Shown piece after piece: positions 46,346-59,345 of a stretch of DNA of 64,000 nucleotides. The stretch is from Sphagnum compactum (taxonomy: Eukaryota). Positions within the stretch are counted from its first letter, which is position 1, and each line of letters starts with the position of its first letter. The notes under the pieces are model-generated. The model saw only the letters and a program-made list of their open reading frames with translations, made no database searches and was not told the DNA's origin. Location: NCBI GenBank assembly GCA_965153455.1, contig OZ234493.1, forward strand, positions 9,662,213 through 9,726,212, in the 5' to 3' direction. The position numbers were made by a program, and so were the translations under genes.

Positions 46346-49300
46346 GCATGTGTCAAGCCTCTTGTAGCATGTTACTAGAATCTCAGGGGGGAAAAGCTCT
46401 AGATGAATGTACACTAATAATGTAATAAGTTTTAAACTTTTAATTGAAGCTTCACTTTGAAAATGTGAGGAAGAAATAAGAATAATGCTAAAGGAGATGG
46501 AAGTTTATAAAGTTTATAATATTTTCCCCTACTTTCTCCCCCTTTTTATATCCCTCAGATGGTTTCCAATAATTGATTATTATTTATTTCAATCTCAAAT
46601 TTAATTTTATTATATAGCATTGACATGAAAAATTATGTTAACATGTGTTGTTTCATGTTATTTTTTGAGAAAAATGTTCAAATAACATCTCATGATCTAC
46701 TTTTGCGCAAAACATCAATCCCCAAAACACATACATATTTCTTTTTGCTTAATCGGGACATAGAAGATTCAGACTTCAAACTAATAACTTCCCTTCCTGC
46801 ATCTAGAACTTCTCATCTAGATGCATGCACTTCTATGGAACAAATATCACCATCCACTATATGCATATATAGTACCAAATGTCACTCACACATTGGGTCA
46901 AGTTTGAGCCAAAATTTTATGCCCAAATTCCAAACCAATGCACAGTCTCAAGATCCACAGGGGCAGAGCCGATAAAAGTAATTAGTGTCTGTCTATTAAG
47001 GAAGCCTTCATAACTACCTACAAACCTACTGTCCCCTACATACATAGCTATTTCTTCCTTCTTAGAAACCTACTCTATCCCTCTCAACCTCGGCAAAAAA
47101 ATGGAGTGGGTGGTCAAATACTCATACCTGGCCCTTGTTATACAAGATTGTGGAATGCATGCAGCCCACCAGCATCTGGACAACTGGGCCTTGTTCTTGC
47201 AGCCTTATAATTATGTTATCTAACTAAGCTAGTTTGTTGGTTTTGTTTGTTTGGTTTGTCATGTTGAGATCTCCCCACTACAGTTTCCACACTAGTACCG
47301 ATGATAACAGCTCATTATGCAGCATAAATAAGGATATATTAAAACCAATTGAATAATGTGAAAACTACTAGGGTTTAGTACATATTTTATAATCAGATTA
47401 GGCGTGATGAGGCTGGAGCAATCTGCTGATTTTGATTCATGAGTTAGATTCAACAGTTTCAAATAAACAAGTAAACGTTAATTCGCATTTACAGATCTAC
47501 AATATTAATCTTAGCTCCGTACTGGACACTTATTCGGTGCTATTGGTGTTTGGACACGACTGGAAAATTCCTATCCTGGGAATCTCCATATTTTTGAAGG
47601 GTCGCATGTAAGCGTCTGGTTTAGTGCCATGCTCAAGTTAAAAGCCAATATTATAGAGCTCATGGACATGCTAGTGATGCACTACTGTAGAGCTCACATA
47701 TGGACGTCCTAGGGTACCTTTCCATTGACCAGTTGCACAGGCTTCAGCTTTGGTAGGTCCCCTTGCTTTTCATTAGCATGAAGTCTGAACATTGAAATTC
47801 CCAAGCTGAAGGTGCAGCTACTCAATTTGGAAATCAAGGGCTTCCAGGGCCTTGATTTCCTTAAATATTTAGTTTCGATTTTGTTAAATTTTCTTCAACA
47901 AAACTGTTCGATATTCAATAACTCTTGCATAGGAGGTCTAAACACTACCAAACCACTGAGGTGCACTGGTACACTCACCAACGACTTTCCAACGGTAACA
48001 AGGGCATGGGGCCGTGGTGTGGGAAATCTCATCATGACAAACAAAACAAACAAACCACCTTCCTTGATAGAAATAAGAGACCCGGCATTGAACTGCAGGT
48101 CTCCTGCATTTTGAAGTTTGCTGACAATTTTGCAATATAATTCTCCAGATGCCTCACATAGACATTAGTATTTCAGTGGCATTATATTTTTCACAAATGA
48201 GTAACTTATAGGAGTTCATTCAACACAGAAATTGTACCAAGTTTTTTTCTTGAAACACTTCTATATATACAGGTCAGAGTTATTGTGCAATGAGATGCTG
48301 GTTGTATGATCATGAAGTTGTCATGGTGTATAATGCTAGCTTAAAATGCTCTGATTATTTCAAATGACAGTTAGGTTGCAATCTGTGAAGAGTCTGTGTT
48401 GTCCTTCCCTTGTGGAAAATTCTGAAAAAAGATTGATTATAGACACCTGATCAAACCTAATAGTCGAAATTTAACAAGTTGAGCATTCATCTACCCTTTA
48501 AACACTACCTGCTACCACCATAGGTTGGCTCAATCTTACATACAAACTCTGGGTTTATAGAAGAACTCTGTCATGGAGCTCATGGAAAAACAGCAGGTAG
48601 GACCAAACAAAATTGTTTGGCTTCCTTGCAATTTTCATGCTCAAATGAAACATGGGACAATATTTTGCAAAGAATCAACAATCAACTTCAAACCAAATAG
48701 TAAAACGATGCCAACTTCCGCATACCAAAACTCCAAGTGAGAGTCAGAAAAGAGCATTAAGATTATGCAAATCAGAGAGCATAAATGTGAGAGAGAGGAA
48801 GATGCTCGGTTGTTAGGTTATGCAGAATTTTGAACTTAATATTTGATGCAACTTTCTTTGCTACTGGTTTAGGGTTTTTCTTTTTTTTCTTCATCACTTT
48901 CCTTCCATTGCTTGTTTCTCCACTTTCTTCATCTGAACAAGTAGAATCACCCTAAGTCATAGAAGAGACAAAAATATGTAATAATAATTTGAACAATCGC
49001 GACTTTTTCAGCCCATGGGCAAATGAACTTTGCACCCACCTTTAAAAGAAGTTATTAAAAAATCTGAATTTGGGCAATCAAAACTTGAACTCATGGTCTA
49101 ATGGACTTGGTGCCAAACCCACCTCAAGTAGATGGGTCTAGTACCAAATCAAAAAGATCATGAAACATTGTCCATAGCACATTTAATGTTGATTTTTCAC
49201 CCATTTACATTTCATTGGTCCCTCGGTCCTTCAACCCTTGAGTAAAGTGAATTTGAGCCCTAAAATGGCTTTTCCTCCAATCGTAGGTTCTCTCTTGTGA

Positions 49301-50599
49301 CAATCATGGCCTTTCAAGCATGTAAAGGGGGCTTAATTCGAGGGCTCTAAGTTCTAACCCCATGAGTAGTATACCCCAAAGGCAAAAGCCCAAAATAATG
49401 GAGGGATCTGGATTTTCTTCCTCAATTTTGTGAGGTAGGTGGCCTAGCAATCATCCACAAGAGGTATTAGCCAAATTTGGCTACAGGTTAGAGAGGAAAG
49501 TATAAAAAAATTATGAATCCTGCGATTTTTTGGCAATAGGCTGGAATCTATAGTCTAAAACTGGCAATATCAGGTTTCTTTCTTAGAAATCTGGGGACTT
49601 TGGCCCTCCTTTTTCCCCAAAATTCCATTGTAAAAGTTGCACCACCTTTTTTCTTGTCGCCAAGTAGTGAAAGTTGGCCAAAAAAAAAACTGCTCGAGAG
49701 CAGTGTTTTTTTTTCAAATTCCTCAAGTAGGTGCACTGGCTAGGATCCTCAGCATTAATTAGCAGTAAATGGCGACTGTCCTGGTGGACTAGTAGATCTT
49801 TTTTGGAATCCTGCTTAGTTCTGGCGACCTGCAGGAACACACTCTCTAAATCTGGCGACTTCTAAGTTTTTTTGATCAAGATATGGCGAATTTGTTTTTT
49901 AAAATCTCAAAAATCCCTTTGTTGAATTCACCAAGGAACGGATTTTTTTGATGTTGAGAGTGTGGACATAGTATGTAGATGTACAACATCTTATCTATTG
50001 GCAGGGCCAGCGTGTTTGTGATGCCTTGTGATGAGTGTTTGTTCAATTCACAAATTCATCTTCAATGCAGAGAGGTGCTTTCTATGTACATTCTTTCTCC
50101 AGAATACCATTTTCCTCTAGGCTATTTTTGCCAAGTTCAAACTTCAATTCTCGTGTTTCTCAACTCCACTTTGCCAAATCTTAAGGTTGGCATTCATATT
50201 TTGCTTGACCTCCTCACAATTTGACTATTTTGTCAAATTCACTCAATATGGTTTCCCAAATCCACTTTGCTGAATTGGAAAGTTCACATTGCCAAATTGT
50301 CAAGTTCACATTCCTGAGTCCCACATTCCCAAATTACCAACTCCCCATTGCTATTTGGCTATTTGGCCAGTTTGCAAAATTGTCAAGTCCACTTCACCCT
50401 GTGCACTGCCAAAATGAGCTTCAAGCTGCCCACAAATTTCTAAATTTCTGGCCTGTCAAAGGCCTGAATCTTTTCAGGTCCACTGAAACTTCTGCCCCAA
50501 AATATACTATTGCCCGACATTTTTTTTTGCACAGGCTGCTTGGGGTTCCCCCCACCCATCCCCATTTCCTTCCTTCTCTCTCTCTCTCTCTCTCTCTTT

Positions 50600-51645
50600 T
50601 CTTTTGACTCGGATGGCTCTTTGAAGCTTGAGATCAGCCCTTTCACAATTTAAACTGCCCTCTAAATTATTTTTTGAACATATGAGAATGAATTGAAAGG
50701 TTTCAAGTTCAAATTTCATGTTTCCTGTTGTTTTCAGTTTTATTGATGCATGGATTTAAAGCCATCCTAATGGAATGGAAGTCCATCAAGGAAAATTCAT
50801 GAAATACTAGGATGAATTCAAGTTCATCAAAGAAATGATATTTCTACTTTTATTTCATCGATGAAGTGTAATTCAAAAAATTAGTTTTGCATTAAATATC
50901 ATGCAAATATCATGGATTGACATCAATAAAATATCATTGGTGAATTCTCAACAGAGGAATGAATGAAGCCTTTTGTATGAAAATTTTGGACAAAATTTCA
51001 TGTATGAAAAGCTGAACTTTAATGGTTCATAAAGTTCATCCATGAAATTAGTGTTGCTAGAATGGACATCCCTTGGCTAGAGATGTCCTAGGGGATGTCT
51101 GTGGGTGTCATGGCCTTCAATAATGAACCCAACAGCCCTTTACATACTCCTTTGGGGGAGAAAAAAACAGGGGTTGTGCTACGGAGGTTTAGCACATGTT
51201 GATCAAGTTTAACAATCTAAATTGACATGTGGCATGTCCTTCTAGCAACCCTAATTTCGTGGATGAACTTTATTCCATGAAAGTTCAAGTGTTCATGCAT
51301 GAAGTTTGTTCATAAGATTTTGTCTACAAAACTTCATCCATTCCTCCATTCAAAATTCACAAATGATATTTTATGGATGTTTTAATGAGAATGGATGAAA
51401 CAAAATATGTAAACAATATTTTTTTAATGAAATTTATTTCATCCTAGAAGATTTCATGAATTTTCATGGATGGACTTTCATTCCATTAGGATGGCTTCAA
51501 ATCCACATCATAAAAATGGATATAAAAAACCTAAAATTTGTACTCAAAACCTTCCAATTTGCTTTCAATATGTTTAAAAAAAATTAGAATGTAACTTGAA
51601 ATTTGGAAGGGCTCCCTTCAAGCTTAAAAAAACCATCAAGCCAAA
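50600..51645. mobile_element. ~1.05-kb foldback element: ~430-470-bp inverted arms with a ~160-bp loop
   Basis: aagccatcctaatggaatggaagtccatc (~50759-50787) versus gatggactttcattccattaggatggctt (~51469-51497). aaagttcatccatgaaattagtgttgctagaatggacat (51031-51069) versus atgtccttctagcaaccctaatttcgtggatgaacttt (~51234-51271). Similarity continues to ~50610 and ~51640. Confidence 0.85.
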
Positions 51646-54600
51646 ACCAAATAGAAAGGGAAAAAAATTCTCATGCTCTAATGATGGAAGTCACACATTC
51701 AATTATTCTTTCTACATGCTCAACAACTAATACAAAGATCTCCCCTCCTTAAAAGTAATTACTTCCAAAGCCTAACACTCACACACATTTTCAAAACCAT
51801 TGTATTGCATTGGCAACAAATCACTAATTATCATTGCAATATCTCCACAAGCTTTACATGTTCAAATCACAAGAACAATCCACTACCACAAATGTCCCAA
51901 GCAACAATAACATACAGACTACAAACATCTGTAAATTGGCCAGTGACAGAACACTAAAATGCTCAAGGCAAGCCAGATCCAAAGGGAGGGCTCCATTGTT
52001 TCCGGTGTCCAAACCAAACTTGAACCCTTCTTATTGGCGCATCTAACGCACTAAAAATTGTTAAAAGCATAAGTGAATTGAAAATTTTATGGCACCCCAA
52101 AATAAAGGTCAAGAATTCAAAAAAACCTACCACTAAATGTTACAAAGGTTGGTTCCTGAACACCCAAAAAATTGATTATATGTTGTTTTATTGTTATCAG
52201 AGTTCAAAGATGATATATAGAACTTCAGGTGGCATTTTTATAACATTTAAAATCATTTAAAATGAATAAGAAATAAGAAAATTATGAGGTTTGAAAGTAG
52301 GAAAGGTCCAACTTGAAGAAAAAAAACCAAAAAAAAACCCTAAACCCTAAACCCTTTTCCTTTTCACTTCAAAGATGATTTCTAGAGCTTGAAGTAGCGC
52401 TCTCATAACATTTTAAATCATTCAAAATGAAGCACATACGATGATAATATAAATAACTGATGAATATGTATTCTTATTTAGTTATAAGTAATTATATTAT
52501 AGTTATAACATAGTTGAACAATGATACTTTAGTAGTGCCACACTAGTGGCCATACTAATTGTATCAATGGGAATCATAGTTGAAAACTAATTTGCAAATG
52601 TATCCCATCATGGGTGGTGAAATGCGAACATGTGGCATGATCGCATCTATGTACATTGTACATTAGTTGCAACATAATTATTGCTTTAATGGCACATTTA
52701 CAACAATTTTAAAGTAATTAACACATGCAACTACAATGCAATTCTTAAAAAAGTCAAACATGGTTGACTACATATGTATGTACGATGTGTATAAATTACC
52801 ATATAAAAAACCCATTTTCAACTAACTTACAATTATAATACATCTAACTGATTTTCTAATGTGGTAATTTGTTTATTAATACACTGTATTTCTTGAGGGA
52901 TAGTTGTACAATAGTTGTAATACCCAAGTGATAGTTGCACAATAGTTGTATATGATTTCTTTTTGAGTTTTAGTTGCAAGGTAGTGTGATTTCAATAGAT
53001 GCAATTTCTCATAGTGTTAAAAATTCACCTTTAATACTTTCGACAAACTAAAGCTACACCAAGAAAATCACATACTAAATAAAGAAAGTTAATCATTTTT
53101 TTGTAACAAAAAGAAATTCAAAGGTCCAAAATTCACAGTACACAAAAATCAAAACATAGATTTACATGCAAATTCATAAGGTTATCAAGGACATATTAGA
53201 AATTAGGGTACCCAAAAGGCAAGTCACACTACCATGGATTTCAATTCACAAAATTCAACTATGAATTTATTTTTTGTATTAAATCATTAATTTTGAATGA
53301 CAAATGAATTCTATAAGTTGCAATAAACACAAAGATGGTTCAATTTTGAAATTTGATGCACAATTCAATGTCCTTAAGATTCTTGGAACACCAATTTTAA
53401 TATTGGTCACAAGTGATATTACTTGATTTTGGTTTGTAGCCAATTTTAGTACCAATTTTTAAAATTCAAACTAGCAATTTTTTGGGAGTTCAAAAATTAC
53501 CTTAAGAATTATCTAATAGTTCTTAAAGGAATGAATAACTACCCAAAAAAATGGTTTAGTAATTCTTATGACCCACTTGGTCAATTATTGTTTTTAGGTG
53601 TACTTAGGTAAACTAATTTAGGATCCTAATTAGTAAAGCTTGTGTCCTAGGTCATAGGGGTTAGGGTTTAGGTTAGTTCCAGTCCTTTCTTGTTTAGCTA
53701 GATGTTTTTTTCTCTTTTCATTTTGTAATCTCTATCTCTTTCAATCTAGAGAAACACTTGTTAGAACTTTGTTCGAGGGAAATAAAAAAGATCAATATAG
53801 AAGACCACAAGTGGAAAAGAAATTAAGTACATTGAAAAAGGGAAATATGCACCCTTGATAAATTATAATATGCCTTCAATATAACAAAAGTTGGAACATT
53901 GAACCAAATCTTGTGAATGTAGTGTGAAGTGAAACATGCAAGGGTTTCAAAGGTTTTAGTTTTCACTTTCTATGTTGTGTTTGAATTTTTGTTTATATTT
54001 TGTTTGTCTTTCAATTTGTTTTTGTGTTTTCTCCTTCTTGGTATGTTTGTTCACATGCCACATCCATTTTGAAATAGTCACACCATTGTTGTCATGAACA
54101 AATTCATTGCACATATATAATGGTGGGTTGGATTCATTTTGATTCCCTTTGTACTCATTTTTTTTGCTTTTAATCACAACCACCTTTTAAAATGTAACCA
54201 TCATTTCACAAAGTTTGTGATGATTCTACTTCATCCCTTCTTCATGTTTTTTCCTTGATAAATTGAAGTGGTAGCAAGAAAAAATATGAATGTGTAGCTT
54301 GAAGAATATGAGTGTTTTAAATTTAAAAGAGTTGACAAAACCATTGGAGGTTTGAGCAACAATCTAAGATAATGCCAAGACTTCAAGATAAGGTTTCACA
54401 AATAGGCTTCTTGCATTTGCTTATGATTCATAACATTCACATTTTAGAAAGTTCTTAGGAGGTGGGATCCATAATTTTTTTGCAATTTTGTAATTTTGTG
54501 AGGTCACTAATTAATTACAATTAATGACAAGATGTTTTACATGATGAAAACCTTTGAATGCTACATATTATAATCCCAAGTCCATTAACCTCATTAACTA

Positions 54601-54835
54601 ACCCATCTTCACACCCTAAAACCTAGAATTGGATTAAAACTAAAACCAATGCATTTTATCAAAATGAAAAACCATTAGAACCAAGAACAATGGTAATTTT
54701 TTTTGACATAGACCCAAAACCAATAGGTTCTGGCTTTTTGAAAATTTTAAAGAACCAAAACGAATGATTTTCTTTAAAACCTAAGAATTGGTCAACACTA
54801 GTCACAACAATTAAAGTAAAGTCAACATTAATAAT

Positions 54836-55382
54836 GTTGGGTGAATTGTATAACAAAATTTATGCAACATGTAAAAACAATTGCACAAATGTTTTGTAAT
54901 GAAAGGGAGAGAGCTTGTGAAATGTGCAATATAAATTTAAAGTCTATAATGAATGAGGGGAAAAAGGTTCCTTATGAAGTCTTGTGTCATTTCCTTTTTA
55001 TATTTTGACTTTAAAGGATATAAATAAAAGCTTTGTGAAGTTGATGTTTGGGTGCAAGGATACAATGAGTGTTGATGGCATGTGTAGAAACCTTGTAAGT
55101 ACTATTATTTGGAAAGGCACCAATTAAATATGTCTAGAGTTTTAAGTTGAAAAAAATGTAAAATTAAGAATGACATTGGATGGGGTCAAGCCTTAAGCCA
55201 ACTCAAACACAAATTGGTCAACATGTTCAATCCTTGTTTTCAACTACAACCTCCCATGCAATGTTGTCACCAAACTCTTTTTTATCATGTTTAGCCTCAT
55301 CAATCTTGGAAAAAACAAGTTGTGTGGTTATTGGATGTTCATTTGGTGCCATTAATTAATGAGCTTCAAAAAATATGGATAA
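54836..55382 (+). pseudogene. Decayed CACTA/EnSpm Tnp2 (Transposase_21) remnant
   Basis: Collinear fragments translated by hand: LGELYNKIYATCKNNC, GKKVPYEVLCHFP, SVDGMCRNLVSTIIWK, NVKLRMTLDGVKP, NWSTCSILVFNYNLP, FFIMFSLINLGK and DVHLVPLINELQKIW. They correspond to the Tnp2 motifs KVP.KVLR.FP, RLGL.TDG.NP, WS.WP....YNLP and DVYL.PLI.EL..LW. Multiple stops and frameshifts. Confidence 0.8.
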
Positions 55383-58300
55383 GTATGGTGACAAAATTTA
55401 TCCATGTCCAAGCTTAAGTTAAATCCAATTGGAAAATTTAACAAACTAGATTTGGAATTTGGAATTGGGTTAATTATATGTGTCAATTTCAACTCAAAAT
55501 TTACATATCAAATTGGCAAATTTGGCAAATCATATTTGGAATTTGCAATTTGCAATTAACATGTTTGATTTGAAATTCCAATTTTGAATATTAAAAGTGC
55601 ACATTTGTTTAAGGTCCAATTGGTGGATTTGAAATTAGATGTGTCCATTATAATTTGTTTTACAATTTTGTTTTATACATGGCATCAAATTTCAATGTAC
55701 TACAAAATATGTTCATGCCAAATCCAAGTCTATGTTTATTTTAGGTTCAATTGGCATATATAATTTTGCTAGATATGAATTATAATTGAACAAAAATAAA
55801 TCTTTGATTTTGAATGGTAGTTTTTGACATTTAATGTTATTTTTCATTCCTTTAAATTTGTTTTGATGCATTAGATTTTGTCGATTATACATAATTCTTC
55901 TCATACATGGTGTTGGTTGTGAGGTCTTCAAATTGTTCTCTCTACATGTTTATCTTAAGCTCAATTGGTAGATCTAAAATCAAATCATATGTCAATTAGT
56001 TTATTTGTTTTACAATTTTCTTCTACAATAAATGGAAACAATTCCAAGTGTTTTGTGAATTGCTAAATGTTCATTTAAACAATTTTGAGTTGAACAATGG
56101 TAGGTGTGAAGAAGTTCAAAGTTTAAACTTACCCTTTCCTTGTTTACAAGGTCAATAACAATGGTAGGTTCATTAATGTAATTGTGAAACTATGTTGATT
56201 TGTTAGGTGTGCATAGTTATGACAAAATGGAAATGTCCCTTGGACTAACATTTCCTAAACACTAAATAATTTTATTGTGGACAATTCTTGCTTTTGTGGG
56301 ATATAGATATGTTGTTGGATGATCAATTGTTATTTTCCATGTACCATTTGTGGCCTAGCTTGGAAGGTTTGACAATAAAATGATTAAAAAGAATTTGGGT
56401 GAACAATGGAAACAACGAAAACTTTGAAAGTTGAATATATTGTGACAACTCCAAATTTGTTCATGAAATTCATACCATGTGATTATATCTTCTAAACGAC
56501 ATTGTTGAATCCTTTATCATGTAAATCACTTTTATGTAGCTTCATGAGCAATTATAAATCATTAAATCTTGCAAAATATGAATTGTTACAACAAAAACAC
56601 TTACATATTCAATGTGTTTTCACCCTTTTGCCTATGGATTTTTTTGGGATACATTCTAAGGACTCAATATATGATATATTAAGCAAAAATAACATTTAAA
56701 TGCAATAAAGCTTTTAGAAAAACTTTAATAAAAAAAACTTATGGATTTTTGAATGGTTTGAAATGGAACATTTTTTCATGAGTCGATATCATAATCATTC
56801 TTGAATCGATTTTTTATCTCTTAAAATTTTATTTAGAATGACTTTATTCATTGGACTTTTTTAGTTCATTAACCACCATGTAATTCCCCATTTAACCAAT
56901 GATATCAAAGTAGACTGTCATTTTAACACTACCATATGGACTTTTGGAAAGTGATGTATCCCATAAAAAATGAACCACTCTAATTTGCAATCACCCTAAA
57001 AACATGGATTAACTAAAGATTCAATTGTTTGCTATATCTTCTTCTTCTTTAGTAAAATATGTAAATTTGGTTTCAATTAGGAATAGGTGTTGTCATGCAT
57101 TGTAGTAGTATTATTATTTTTCATTAATTAATTATTAATTTAAAACATTCTTTTTCGAAAGCCTAAAGACCTCCAAGAAAGAACCTATCTTCAAGAGTGT
57201 GAGGGATTTTATGCTTGCAAGTAGGGTATTAGATCCCTCTCACTCTTCAAACAAGAGTAGGTGTAAGAACCTACCCCCTCCTATGCCTCATGATCTATGT
57301 ATGTTTAGGTTTGTATCTTCTTTCCATTTGTTTTTTTCCATCTTTCTTAAGTAGAAGTCATGGTAATTTAGATTTCATGAAACCAATGTGTCTCTTATAT
57401 GCCAAGTGTGGACATGTGTTGATGGATGTTCCATTGAACATAGTTTTTAAAGGATTTTGAACTATGTATTTATCTTGAATAATTGTCATGAGACAGATAA
57501 TGAAAGTTCTTTAATAAACATGTTTGTGCTACCAAGAAGAAAAAATGGCATGAGTTCCAAACTACTGAATGGAAATCTTGTAAATTTGTATTGGTAGAAA
57601 AGACCTCACATTGAATATGGGTTTTGCAAATGAAGTCACATGGCATTTTTGTGTTTGTTGACAAGGGCATCAAGTTAGACACATTGTCTAGTGTGTTAAT
57701 TTTCATGCAAAAACTGAATGTATCAATGGCAGCTTCATTTTGAATACCATCTCCCATGATCAATATTCAATCCTCATGATATCTGACTGGCTATTTCACA
57801 CTATAGTTACAATGCAGAGATGCAACTGTTGAATAGGTTGATGATATGCTCCAACATCAAATTGTCAAACCTCAATAATGGGTATCCCCTTCACATCAAT
57901 GATTTTTTTGGGCAGATTTTTGCTATTTTGCAGAAACAATTTGAGGAAAACTTATAAACGATGGGTTTTCAGTTTGAAATGTGTTTGTCATAAAAAATTC
58001 ACCACTTCTGTGAAATCTAGACTTGTGAAAAAAACCATTGCTTTACATCATGGGAATCACAGCTTATCACTTCTTTTACTCATACATTTTTTAAAAAAAG
58101 TACTCTTCCGTACACAATGGCATCTATATAAAAATATGCTAAATTATGTATGTTCAAACTTTCGCAACAATGCTTAGTCCTAATTGTTGGGTACTTCCAC
58201 TCCTTTCACTTCCAAACTAGCTATCTGGTTTCAGACCTTTCAAACCATGAATTTTTTTCTCTTGGGTGAAGGAGTGTTTCCATAATAATAACCATCTATT

Positions 58301-59000
58301 GCTGAATGGAGTAAATATTTAGCTCCTTTCATTCCTTCTGATAGCTTTCACAATTAGTTGTTTAAATTCACAATTAATTGGTGTAAATTAATGTTAATTG
58401 ATAAGCTTTTCTTCTTTTGTGATGTCATCATACGTTTCTCTTTTTACATGCCTCCCAATCCAGGAAATTCCACTCATGCAACCATCAACTTAGCATTCAA
58501 AGCAAGTTTTCAACAACTTGTTCTTAGTGTTAATGCCTTTTACTCTTTCTTCGCAACTAAAGTACTAGATCCATCACCATAATCTTGATATTAACAGTGG
58601 ATACTATATTGTGGGTCCATGTCAGTTTGATCAAAATCCTATCCTTTGATCATTTCAATCTGTTCCTACAACATCTAATGGTTACCATGCTTGTCATAAT
58701 AATTACAACTTTGATTTTCTAACATTTATGCAAACTGTACATCATCATTCCCTAAAGTCATTAATAACTATACATGTCATTGTTAGTATCTTAATAATCA
58801 GACGTTTTGAGAACTTCAATATTGGGATGCATTCCTCCCCACTTCCCAATGCATTTCTGAAGTGCTTCAGTTTTTGGGGAATGTACTAGGGACATATGGA
58901 CCAATCAAAATTTAACTCCATAATAGGATTCATCTTTTAACATTTCTATTGTGTAGACTTATACAAACTATTGTATAAAAGATAATCCATCTATGAAGGA

Positions 59001-59345
59001 ACTAGTTTGTTTTGTTTTGCAGTTATGAGATCTACTGAACCAGGACGCTTCGGATTGTGTTCTTGGTGTCTCTGGAAAGCTCTTGATGAGGACGGACGGG
59101 TGCATGGGTGTTGATTCCATGCGTTTGGACTTGTAGTGCAAAAGTTCTTGAATATTGATTGAGTGATTTCTTCACTGAAAATTAAATTAAATCGTAGCCG
59201 AAAGTTTAGGAGGAATTGGAATGTGCCTTTGATGTCGTTGGAAAGCTCTTGATGAGCAAGATTTGGATTCAGGGTGTGGGAGATATTGATTTTTAAGTGA
59301 TTTTTTTTGTCGCTGAAAATTCAAATAAATTCCAAAAAACTCTAA
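59001..59345. repeat. Dispersed repeat starting CTAGTTTGTTTTGTTT (related copies at ~47229-47320 and, inverted, ~47860-48058); possibly a non-autonomous Helitron-like element
   Basis: The copies share ctagtttgtt...gtttgt...tgagat.t. The reverse strand ends ...AAACTAG|T at 59001. Internal duplication of ggaaagctcttgatgag at ~59074 and ~59240. Confidence 0.55.

Noticed and set aside
57400..58600. Coding-like decayed sequence with 97-99-aa ORFs
   Set aside because: No family motif was recognised. It may be a transposon remnant, but this is unsupported.
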